From: Epithemia pelagica
Lineage: Eukaryota > Protista > Bacillariophyta
DNA: 64,000 bases
Reading direction: 5' to 3'
NCBI GenBank assembly: GCA_946965045.2
Contig: OX337229.1
Coordinates: forward strand, 5,146,001 to 5,210,000
In this document: in pieces, positions 54,454-64,000 of the stretch
How positions within the stretch are numbered: the first letter of the stretch is position 1
Layout: each line of letters begins with the position of its first letter
Translations under genes and position numbers: made by a program
The notes under the pieces: model-generated
The model's input: only the letters and a program-made list of their open reading frames with translations
Told to the model about the DNA's origin: nothing
Databases searched by the model: none

Positions 54454-56238
54454 CTAGCCTTCCTTGGTTTGGTTTCCAGCAAACTTGGAAGCGACATTGG
54501 CTCGTTTCTTAGAACGCTTGTAGACCGATGCCTTGACCGTGGTGGTACTACTTGTAGTGGTGTTGGGAGCCGGCCATGTTGCGGAAGCTTGCTCGGGAGC
54601 TTTGGTGACCGCAGCAGTGGAAAATGGCATGGAAGCTCGTTGAAGCTTATGACACCGCAATTTGCTATTCAACGTGGCTTGTCCCTTGGTTCGGTACAAG
54701 GCGGCATTGTCCATGCAGGATTCCATTTCCATGGCATCGTCCAACAAGTCAGAGGCCAGGGCCGTGGTTTGCACTGCGGCACTGCAGTGATTGTGATAGG
54801 CCTCTTTGATGGAGGTAAAGGTGGATTTGGCTTGCTGAAACTGACCCGCTGCGGCCAATCGCTCGGCTTGTTGCATTTCTTGCGCCGCGTGGACGCGAAA
54901 GACATGGGCCGCCACATGCGTATTTTCATCCGAAATTGTATTGGATCCACGAGGACGAGCAATCGACACAGTCACACAATCACCCTCAACCATGCGTGCT
55001 TCCACGGTATCCGTGTAGGCTAAACTGGCCGTCAAGTGAGGAATGGGGCTGTAGTGGTCGATGCTGCTGTTGTTATCCAGGGGGCTGGCCAATCGGACCG
55101 TGACGATCAAGTCCCTTGCTTCGTCGGCATAAAAGTCACCCATATTCACAGTATAGGAGGATCCCGGTTGGCGGCACACGACATTGTCATGGTGGACCTG
55201 CACAATTTCGACCCCTCGCTCGGCCCTGAGATTGGACGGCACTTGCAAGGTGACAATGGCGGTTTGTGCCACAACCGACAAGACTCCACCCAATGCCTCA
55301 CCAAAGGCAATTCCGACATCCATATCTTCTTCCATAAAGTAATAGGAACCGCCCTCTGTGGCACTGGCCATTTCGCTAAGAAGACCTCCATTGTGGTCGG
55401 TCCCATAGCCAAATGTATGCAAGGAAATGCTCTTGTTTTGGTTGGATGGTTGCGATGAAACATCCAGTGAGGACATGGAGGTAGCGAGTTGATCATTGAC
55501 GGTATTGAAACTGTCCTTGACCAGAGACTTTAACCCGTCCACAGTACAAATGCCTTGATTGGCGTGTCCATCGGTAAGAAAAAAGACTGTTTGCACTGGA
55601 TTGGATCCTCCCTCTTGTTGCAACGTGGTGACCATTTCCCGTGCCGCCAAAACTACTCCGGACGACATGTTGGTACCTCCCCGAGGAGAGAGACGAGAAA
55701 TAATGGAACTGGCCGTCTGCCGATGCTGCGGCGTCATTTTCTGTATGGGCACTTCGACGCGCGCATCGGAGCTGTAGGTAATCAAGCCAAATCGATCTTG
55801 AGGACGCAATTGACGAAGCAACAGTTTGAGTGTTTTTTGACACAATTTGAATTTTTGTCGAGAGTTCATGGAACTGGAACGATCCAATACAACCACAATG
55901 TCAACTGGAGCACGAGTGTCGTCGTCATCCTCTTCGGGCATGTCTCGCGCTTGCAAGGAGACGCAGATTTCGGTGCTTGTCATCATCTTGGCGCCGCCAT
56001 TGGCTGCCACTGCCGATGCGCTCCTGTTAGACGGCAAATGAAGAGTGGCCTGTTGCTCCAAAACATCACAACCAATATTGGTGAAACGTGGAGCCGCCGA
56101 AATGGACAATGCCACTGGTTGTGAGGTAGTAGTGGATGGTGGTGCATGGGTGTTGGTGGTCACGGTCGTCTCGCCCTCGGTTTCCATTGTCTCCATGGTA
56201 GCGATCGTGCTGTCATCTAAGGTATGGTCGTTCCTCAT
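54454..56238 (-). CDS. von Willebrand factor A domain protein
   Basis: MIDAS DRSSS, GGTN, FFLTDG and HTFGYG motifs. Confidence 0.9.
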   Translation of the reverse strand: MRNDHTLDDSTIATMETMETEGETTVTTNTHAPPSTTTSQPVALSISAAPRFTNIGCDVLEQQATLHLPSNRSASAVAANGGAKMMTSTEICVSLQARDMPEEDDDDTRAPVDIVVVLDRSSSMNSRQKFKLCQKTLKLLLRQLRPQDRFGLITYSSDARVEVPIQKMTPQHRQTASSIISRLSPRGGTNMSSGVVLAAREMVTTLQQEGGSNPVQTVFFLTDGHANQGICTVDGLKSLVKDSFNTVNDQLATSMSSLDVSSQPSNQNKSISLHTFGYGTDHNGGLLSEMASATEGGSYYFMEEDMDVGIAFGEALGGVLSVVAQTAIVTLQVPSNLRAERGVEIVQVHHDNVVCRQPGSSYTVNMGDFYADEARDLIVTVRLASPLDNNSSIDHYSPIPHLTASLAYTDTVEARMVEGDCVTVSIARPRGSNTISDENTHVAAHVFRVHAAQEMQQAERLAAAGQFQQAKSTFTSIKEAYHNHCSAAVQTTALASDLLDDAMEMESCMDNAALYRTKGQATLNSKLRCHKLQRASMPFSTAAVTKAPEQASATWPAPNTTTSSTTTVKASVYKRSKKRANVASKFAGNQTKEG

Positions 56239-57287
56239 GGTTGTTTTGAACTAAACGCGTTTTGGAATATGTTGTTTTTGTTGTGCGGATACTGTTGCTT
56301 GTTTACCGGAAACATAAAAAGTGAGCGATGGACCACGCGAGTGGATCCTGCAAATGGGAAGTCGCAACCATCCAATCGCACACGTCTGGAAGGAGAGGTG
56401 CAGGTTTCCCCCTCGCTGTATCCATCGAACTTGGGGGGAGCAAGACTCGAGCGACTGGTGCCCGAGCGAAAAGTGGTTCTTATGGACATTTTATGCTGCC
56501 ATACCCTTCCAGAGGTTGTCAACCTGTCGTCGTACGACCGGAAATGTCCTGTATCCGTTGCATTCATGTTTGTGTCATGATCGATTTTCTCTTTCGGGGT
56601 CGCAACACACAGTCACGTCGGTGTTGTCCAGTCGTGTTTTTCAGCTCCGAAGCACAAGCCCAAACCAATATAAAAAAGGCTTGCCATTTCCCACTTGCGC
56701 TAGATATGACACTGTATTCTAGAATCCAACCACAAAGCCAGGTATGGCGTCAACACATACAAAAGATCCATGATGCAAAAACCAACCTTGAGTCCACGAA
56801 AGAGCTTCGCAAGAAGACAAGAAAATACTTTCGCTACTTTGGTCCATTCATTCCATCATGACGTTCCTCTACGAAGCGGTGAGCAAGTATGAGATGCATG
56901 TTGCTCGGTCGGTGTCTGCATACTCGCTCTATCTTGTCAATATAAAGCATTCGTTCCAATCCAAAAGAGTGAGTAAGCGAAATGGTATGTTCCCACCGAG
57001 TATCCTTCTTGTGGACCATCTCGTTCTTGATCGTGTTGGGGAGAGTGGCTTTTCTGTTTTTGTGTAAATGAAAATGTGTTGGGCCTTTTTCGCGTCCACA
57101 AAACATCGGCCGCGATTTTACACCATCGAGAGAGATCCTTGTATATTACACCAACAACGACGAGGACCCATTCCACAACGACAAACCGTTCTACACAGGG
57201 CAGACGCTGACCGCGCTTTCTTGTGTCCAAACCGGAACAAACGAGCAGTGACCGTCGATACATTTGCTCTTCCAAACCAAAATGAGC

Positions 57288-58054
57288 GAAACGGGTGTCA
57301 AGGTCGATGTATTGTATTCGATTGGACCCTGTTTACCACCGAGCGAATTGAAACGGCACCAAGACTGCAACGACGACGACAACACTTGTTCTCAGAGCGG
57401 TCCATCCCTGCCCTTTGTGGCGGAGGCACTCACTCGATACCAAACACTTATGCAAAACGAGGAGGCATCCTCCTCCTCTCCAGAACAAAATGGCAGGTCC
57501 TTGCCTTTGCCAGCGCAATTGGAAGAGTCGATTCGAAATCCAAACAATACAGTCTCGAAAAGACGAATCATCAAGAACAACAACGACACCAATCGGAATG
57601 GACTGCCTTTGCTTTGACCGGACGGTCCAATGGTCGTGCCATGCAATACATTCGCATGTGCATTCCACCCAGTTGCTCCTTCCCCCTCCATGCCCATCCC
57701 AATGTCGAGTGCATCTACGTGGTGCACGGGACGCTGTACGAGAAACGACTCGTCTGGACACACTCCCACGATGATGATCCTATGCATGAGTTGGTGGGAG
57801 ACGACGACGACACTAATGGTGTTGGCCGTCTCTTGAACCCGTCGGTCACGGAATATCCCTTGGATTTGTCGCAGTATCCCGAATCGTTGTTTGTCAGTCG
57901 ATCCTTTGGACAAGGACAAGTTCTCTTGAATGAAATTGGCTCCATTCATCGATCCTATACCCAAGAGGATGGAGCTGAATTGTTTGTGCTGTGGGGACAA
58001 GCGGGTCATTGCAATGTTCCAGTCGCATTCACACCACCCTCTCAACGAGTGTAG
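57288..58054 (+). CDS. Cupin (ChrR-like) domain protein; N-terminal part in a different frame
   Basis: PLHAHPNVECIYVVHG and IGSIHRS cupin motifs at about 57640-58050; the ATG-led upstream ORF (57264..57617) is out of frame, so there is an unresolved intron or frameshift. Confidence 0.6.
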
Positions 58055-59104
58055 TAGTGCAACACTCAAGAAGAAGGCATTTCATCCCACACACATGTGA
58101 TGATGATGATGACTGATAATGACCTCCTCTATCCTTCACATCTTCCGCAACGGTACACTACACTCGACGCCACGCTCCGAACACAAAATACCAAGACCGA
58201 CGGTGAGGAAAGCTCCCACGGTCGGTCTCCTTTCCCCCCTTCTGGCAAACTGCTGTTTGTCATTGTACGCACGCGGTACTGGTTTCAGCACGACAAGGAG
58301 AGGGAGACGTTTGCCGTCCACAAGAACAATCGGTGGTGGTTCCTGTACGACAGCACGAGAATAATCAAGACAGATGAAAGTCCGTCGAGTCATGAGACAA
58401 CAACGACCAGCAACCCACAGAGTCTCGTTTCACCAGGCACTGGTCTGTCTATTATTGAATCAAGAGATGTAGAAGTCAGTCAAGTCAAATGAGATCCCAA
58501 CGGCGTTTTTTTGTGCCGCCCAGAACATGACTACTACTCCTAGGAATAGGAGTAAAAAAGACTGGGGGGAGTAGTCCTAAGGTAGAATTCTTGTGGTAGC
58601 AAGGGTAGCACATACTCATCAATTAAGCGACTAAAACGCGGTAGAAAGCCATTTCGAACAAAGAACGAGGCGACGCGCGTGACACAAGGACTGCACATCA
58701 CGAATAGCTGGTGGAGATTCATCGCATCACAGCGTCGTCTCCTTACAGGGTTCCCTGTTTCCAGTTGCGTCGTCCCTTGTTGTGGTGTGGCCATTTCTGT
58801 CTGCGTATCCTTTTGTTCTTGTCTCTGCACTGCGAGATCTTGTCAAAATTGTGTTTCCGCGTGGCCAAGCAATCAACGAAAGAACTATCCGTGTGTACCA
58901 AAACAACCACAACAACAGCTCTCTTTGGTTGGTGTCTCGAGTGTTGTTGACACACACACACATGTTGTGTGTTGTCGTCGGAACACGACACGGCCACATC
59001 TCCCCAAAATTGCAACAACAACAACAAAACCCTGTCGATTGAGTGGCCAGTAGTCACTGCGAACCGCTTGTTGTGGCAATATTCCAAGCCTCCAAATTCT
59101 TCTC

Positions 59105-62100
59105 GTGGCTCTCTCTCTCGTTTGGTTCCAAAATAAACTCAAATTGAACAGCATGGAGGACGACGATATCATGACTACGGATTGTGCTTCTTTGTCGTTG
59201 TGGAACGGTTCCATGCTCGTGTGGTGGTGGATGCCAGGCAGTGGTTCGACGACGGGGGGATGGATGTGGTGGATGGTGGCATGGATGATTTCTGGTGCCA
59301 TTTGTTTTGTGGCCGGAGTGGTGGTCAGTGTCTTGGCCATTTCCTATTTTGTCTTGTTGCCGCAACAACATGGAGGACTGGCAGTTCCCGATTGGACTGA
59401 ACCCGAAGAGGAAGAAGAACCCACTACTACGCAACCCAAAACTTCAAATGCGGCATTCAAAGACGACAAGGAACCATCTTCCAAAAAGGAAGAGAGTGTC
59501 GCATCCAATCCATCTCCCACTCCTCCCAATAATACTAAAAGCCCGACCAAACAAATTCCTTGGCCATGGGATCGAATGCATAACCACAAACGCAACAAAC
59601 CAACGCGAACGAGTACGAAAACGCCATCCGAATCCGGCCATTCACAACAACAACAAGACGGGGAGGAGGAGGAAGACCCTATGGAGTATCCGTACAGCGA
59701 GTCCTCACGTTGGTTGGGAGTCCCTCCCTTGGGCGACGCACCAAATGAAACCAAGAGTAGTCCCTTGGCCGAATCGACCTCGATCCCACCATCTCCAACA
59801 ACGACTCGAACCACCAAAAAGCAACCAGGTGTCTGTATTGGCAGTATTTTTGGGTGGGATGTCGGTGGTACCTTGGCCAAGTTGGTCTATTTCGAAGAAC
59901 GACCCAATTTTGCCAAATCGGCCTCCTCGGCCGCGCTCTTGTATGGCACGGCATCTTCTCCTGGTGGTGGGCCGTTGCATGCGCATCCTCCCTCTCCCTT
60001 TGTGCAAGCCACCTTGGACGATCGACGTCCGTTGCGCTCCTTCTTGTCGTCACTCGATAGTACAACCATCACAAGACCACACACGTCCGTAGCGGACCAA
60101 TCCCACCACAAACCAACACGACGACGTCGATCCCTTTCCAATGGCAACTTGGCGGCCTCTCCCTCACCTCTGTTGGTGCCGCCGCCAAGTTCCCCCACTC
60201 AGGACCACAACCAAACAGACCAGAACAATCCTACCATGACCAAAGAGTCGTCGTCCTCGAATCTCATGTTGGAATTCTTGACGCAACGAGAACATCGAGC
60301 ACAAGCCTTGGATCGATTTTATGCCTTTGCCCGAGACAATCTCAATGCCAACCAAAGTAGTACTACTACTAGTAGTAGAACTAGTACTACAACAACAAGT
60401 GCTCCCAACATGCCGGATCCGAGTGGAACCACATCTACCAAAGACCATGCTACTACATCTTTGGACCCGCAAGACGAGGGCAGAGGAGAAGAAGAAACAA
60501 AGGCTGCCACGACGACCGTCCCTCCCTCGTCGCCCTCCACAATCATTACCATGAACCACAACAACAACAATTATGACATTGTCTGCGACGAACAATTGTC
60601 CTTTGATTGTTTGGATGGGACCTTTCACTTTTTGCATTTTGAAACACGTCGCATGCACGATGCTGTGGAATTGATTCGATGGTACGATTTGCATCATGCC
60701 GTCTCCACCCTGGGGGCCACGGGCGGCGGGGCTCACAAGTATGCTCAAGTCTTTGAACAGGAATTGGGCATTACCATGAAACGATTTGATGAGTTGCAAT
60801 GTTTGGTCGTGGGCATGCAATTTGTCCTGCGTACCGTGGTGGGAGAATGTTATACCTATCGACCACCGCAAGATCAAGAAGACAAGGAACATGGTCATGT
60901 CACGGAACAGGGCAAAAAGAAACGGCGAAAACGAAAGAAACGAGTCGAAGAGGAAGAAGAGGAATCCCCACAGAATGAACATTATGGAAATTATGTGGGT
61001 GTCGTCGAACAAGACAGTTGGGCGTTATCCGACAATGAGGAAGAAGCTCTGAGCAGAAGTACAGCCGAACAGGACCAAGGTCCCATGGACGACGAAGATG
61101 AAGAAGATGATGATGATGACGACGATTCCTCCGTTGCAGCTGCATCGTTCAAGGGTCCTGCAGCACCCCGACCTGGGAAATTGGATGAATGGTGGTGGTC
61201 TCGGAAAGTTCCGCGAGATGCTATTTCCGAAGCCTCAACCTATCCCTACTTGTTGGTGACGATTGGCACCGGAGTGAGTATTGTACGGGTGGATGGACCT
61301 GGTCGACACGAACGTATTAGTGGGTCCACCATTGGTGGCGGAACCTATTGGGGACTCATTCGGCTCTTGACCAGCGTAGATAACTTTGCCGATGTTATTC
61401 GATTGGCCGAACGAGGAGATCCGTCCAAGGTCGATATGATGGTGGGAGACATTTACGGTCCCAATCAAACGGAATCCTTGGAAAAGTTGGGCCTGCGTGC
61501 CGATTTGGTTGCTTCGTCGTTTGGGAAACTTGTGGCCAAGGAAAATCCAGCCGAAGGATTGGGGGAACAAGATTTGGCTCGGGCCTTATTGCTCATGGTG
61601 ACCATCAATATTGGTCAAGTAGCGTATCTGAATGCACAATTGCATGCCACCTCACGTATTTACTTTGTGGGAAACTTTTTGCGTCAAAACAAATTGAGTC
61701 AACGAAGACTTAGTTTTGCCATTGACTATTGGTCCAAGGGACAAATGGAAGCCTTGTTTTTAGAACACGAAGGGTACTTTGGTGCCTTGGGAGCTTTCTT
61801 ACTCTCCCAAGATCAATCATCACCCTTTGCCTATCATCCGGGAAACTCGAGCAAAGGCACATCGCCCAACACCAACCACGGACAACCGGGTACCACCGCG
61901 TCTTCGCGACCAAGATCGGGTCCCAAGGGCGAACGAACGGGGTTTTTGGATCGGCGGTCCTTTTCCGATTTGTCCATTTTTGGAACGCGGCAACAGGAGC
62001 ACGCCGAACGGGCTACGAGTGGGGAAAGTCAAGCCAGTTCTTTGGATCATCATCCCATGGCACCTGGATCATCTGCCTCGTCCACTTCGTCGGCCGCCGC

Positions 62101-62215
62101 CTCGTCGTCCTTGATGCCAACACCACCTTCGGTGACAGCCACGGCCGTGCATGCCGCCGGAGAAGTCGTGCGAGGTTTACAAAGAAGTTTCTCGTCCGAT
62201 CGTCCGTGTTGGTAA
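59105..62215 (+). CDS. PANK: Type II (Fumble-family) pantothenate kinase with N-terminal TM segment and long low-complexity inserts
   Basis: DVGGTLAKLVYF, GATGGGAHK, YPYLLVTIGTGVSI, GGGTYWGL, ASSFGK and HEGYFGALGA motifs; the true start is probably a downstream ATG. Confidence 0.93.
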   Translation: MALSLVWFQNKLKLNSMEDDDIMTTDCASLSLWNGSMLVWWWMPGSGSTTGGWMWWMVAWMISGAICFVAGVVVSVLAISYFVLLPQQHGGLAVPDWTEPEEEEEPTTTQPKTSNAAFKDDKEPSSKKEESVASNPSPTPPNNTKSPTKQIPWPWDRMHNHKRNKPTRTSTKTPSESGHSQQQQDGEEEEDPMEYPYSESSRWLGVPPLGDAPNETKSSPLAESTSIPPSPTTTRTTKKQPGVCIGSIFGWDVGGTLAKLVYFEERPNFAKSASSAALLYGTASSPGGGPLHAHPPSPFVQATLDDRRPLRSFLSSLDSTTITRPHTSVADQSHHKPTRRRRSLSNGNLAASPSPLLVPPPSSPTQDHNQTDQNNPTMTKESSSSNLMLEFLTQREHRAQALDRFYAFARDNLNANQSSTTTSSRTSTTTTSAPNMPDPSGTTSTKDHATTSLDPQDEGRGEEETKAATTTVPPSSPSTIITMNHNNNNYDIVCDEQLSFDCLDGTFHFLHFETRRMHDAVELIRWYDLHHAVSTLGATGGGAHKYAQVFEQELGITMKRFDELQCLVVGMQFVLRTVVGECYTYRPPQDQEDKEHGHVTEQGKKKRRKRKKRVEEEEEESPQNEHYGNYVGVVEQDSWALSDNEEEALSRSTAEQDQGPMDDEDEEDDDDDDDSSVAAASFKGPAAPRPGKLDEWWWSRKVPRDAISEASTYPYLLVTIGTGVSIVRVDGPGRHERISGSTIGGGTYWGLIRLLTSVDNFADVIRLAERGDPSKVDMMVGDIYGPNQTESLEKLGLRADLVASSFGKLVAKENPAEGLGEQDLARALLLMVTINIGQVAYLNAQLHATSRIYFVGNFLRQNKLSQRRLSFAIDYWSKGQMEALFLEHEGYFGALGAFLLSQDQSSPFAYHPGNSSKGTSPNTNHGQPGTTASSRPRSGPKGERTGFLDRRSFSDLSIFGTRQQEHAERATSGESQASSLDHHPMAPGSSASSTSSAAASSSLMPTPPSVTATAVHAAGEVVRGLQRSFSSDRPCW

Positions 62216-62895
62216 AAACACAAGGACGACATATCTCGTCCTTTGGATTTCGGTCCAGAAAGTGGTTGGCAAAACCCTAGCTTTGAGTTGCTTTGGTGAA
62301 GGCCATCTGTGATGTATCGCCAACGAAGTTGCTCAGCTTGATTCTATCCAGTCACGTTGGAGGGGAGAGTACAACATATTGCCAACACTGCTGTTGAGAT
62401 TGCATTGGGAATGATGCAACTCCAAAAACAACAACAACGGTTATGTTCACAAAAGAAGTGCGAGCGTGTTGCTGAAAGTCAGTGGACACCAAACAGGACT
62501 GCGAAACCCCGTTTGGTGAGTCTTTCCGTGTTTGTGGCCCAGAGAATGTTTATGCTATCATTGGGATATGCCTTTGCATAAACTCTTTGGTTTGAGAACG
62601 ACCATAATATGGAGCTACAGACTGTTTGGTCGTTTTGATACACTTTTCTATTGAAACAATGAGAAGAGATATGTATTGCTATTAAATACAGAGTTTACTT
62701 TCTACACAAATATTATGTCATGACAACATTTGTGGGAGTCAACCATCATGTGGATTCTTACGCTTTGGAATCTTGCACCCACTGGTCCTGCTTGTATCCG
62801 AGAGACATATCACTCGTCCTCGCAGGAGGGCAGCATTGCTTCCTTTAGAAGCTTGTGATAATGGGCAATGGTCCACGTCATGGGAGTGGAGAGAA

Positions 62896-64000
62896 TCACG
62901 GCATGAGGGGACGACTCTCCTTCTCATTGGAACTGTCCATGTCCGTGTCTGGATCGTGTTTCGCTTCTTGATCATCAGCATCCATCTTGTCAATCCACAT
63001 GGTCCGTGCCTTGACTTCGTAGGTTTGATCGGTATCCAACAACACACCAGATCCACTAAATTTGGGTAACCATCGTGGTGTCCATTGCACTGGTTCATGT
63101 AGTCGTGGCACATGCTGGTCGTCACGAGCTGCTACTCGTTCCTGGGCCTTGATCATTTCTTGATTGACAAGTTGATCAAAGTCGGTCACAAATCGTTGCG
63201 AATCACTCACCAATACTCTGGCATTGTGCACATGGTGTGCCTCGACAATCCGTTGAACGACTTGCCAGGCCAGTCGTTCATTGTACAAAACGTCCGCGAC
63301 AATGAGCACGTCGCATTCGGGAAGGGGCGTTTCGCCACCAATATCCAACAGTTTGGTGGATATGCGGGAGGCCAGTCCGGCATGTTCGGCACCGTACTGC
63401 AACAATTGCAAGGTGGTGGGATGAATGTCGGTTGCCACGACATGGGCGGCCCCCAATTGCGCTGCTGCTTGGACTTCCATACCAACCCCGGCTCCCAAGA
63501 CGACAACCCGTTGATTGCGAATCCAATCGGCATGAGCCTGCAGTTCTTGTGCGGCAACTACCGCACCGGGCCACGCCACGAGACCAAAGGGATCCAACAA
63601 GGGCATGTGATGTCGATGTTTGCCAAAGGCCAATCCATAATGTTCCACTTGCCAATAGGCTTCAATAATAGCGGAAGGTTTTTCCCATTCCCATACGGTA
63701 ATGGTCCAACATCCATTGTCGTCACGTTGCAACTGTTGTTGAGATTCGTGTCCTGCCTGAATGGTGGCTGTGGGAATAGGAACGGTCCGACTCACAATAG
63801 TAGCCTGTTTGCCCTTGCCCAAAAAGATGGAATGCCGTTCTCGGGGATATACGGTGGCTCCTGGAGAGACAGTTTCTTGATCCTCCTCATCGTCCTCGTT
63901 AACGTCGTCTGATTCCAGGTCCGAACCTTTTGCATGAGCAAATTGGGACAGGGAGGTGGACCTTGGTCTCTCTTCTTCTTCGTCGTTGTCGTATTCGTAA
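62896..64000 (-). CDS. METTL21 / Methyltransf_16-like SAM-dependent methyltransferase, 5'-partial
   Basis: FGLVAWPGA, VVVLGAGVG, VVATD and ADVLY motifs; hand translation shows the frame stays open to the window edge. Confidence 0.85.
   Translation of the reverse strand, partial: YEYDNDEEEERPRSTSLSQFAHAKGSDLESDDVNEDDEEDQETVSPGATVYPRERHSIFLGKGKQATIVSRTVPIPTATIQAGHESQQQLQRDDNGCWTITVWEWEKPSAIIEAYWQVEHYGLAFGKHRHHMPLLDPFGLVAWPGAVVAAQELQAHADWIRNQRVVVLGAGVGMEVQAAAQLGAAHVVATDIHPTTLQLLQYGAEHAGLASRISTKLLDIGGETPLPECDVLIVADVLYNERLAWQVVQRIVEAHHVHNARVLVSDSQRFVTDFDQLVNQEMIKAQERVAARDDQHVPRLHEPVQWTPRWLPKFSGSGVLLDTDQTYEVKARTMWIDKMDADDQEAKHDPDTDMDSSNEKESRPLMP

Noticed and set aside
56240-57260. ORFs between the VWA and cupin genes, and at 58097-59050
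   Set aside because: No motifs, overlapping on both strands; treated as intergenic or UTR.

Overview
Eukaryotic DNA with spliceosomal GT-AG introns. The CoDi-like Copia elements and gene repertoire point to a pennate diatom (inference). Bases 1-43,000 are a transposon-dense, rearranged block. It holds two unrelated Copia LTR retrotransposons, a Harbinger-type MITE, an intact mariner (two copies) plus a deleted relative, an unclassified TIR element, and a truncated DIRS/Ngaro-like element carrying a solo-LTR-like insert. It also holds two broken host genes, a split DsbA/FrnE gene and two nested segmental duplications, the younger a near-identical 7.26-kb tandem repeat that fuses a GH72 gene in frame to a retroelement ORF. 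Bases 43,000-64,000 are mostly ordinary genes: GH72, a Tudor-like low-complexity protein, Kelch, two head-to-head GT25 genes, VWA, cupin, pantothenate kinase and a METTL21-like methyltransferase. The strongest candidate for a new system is the intact Copia at 17481-23596. It has no tRNA-type primer binding site; instead the 14 nt right after the 5' LTR are the exact reverse complement of a 14-nt segment inside its own LTR, which suggests tRNA-independent self-priming. That mechanism is established for Tf1/sushi-type Gypsy elements and I do not know of it in Copia. The same element has an extra in-frame upstream ORF and a Gag with no CCHC knuckle. All alignments and counts were done by eye.
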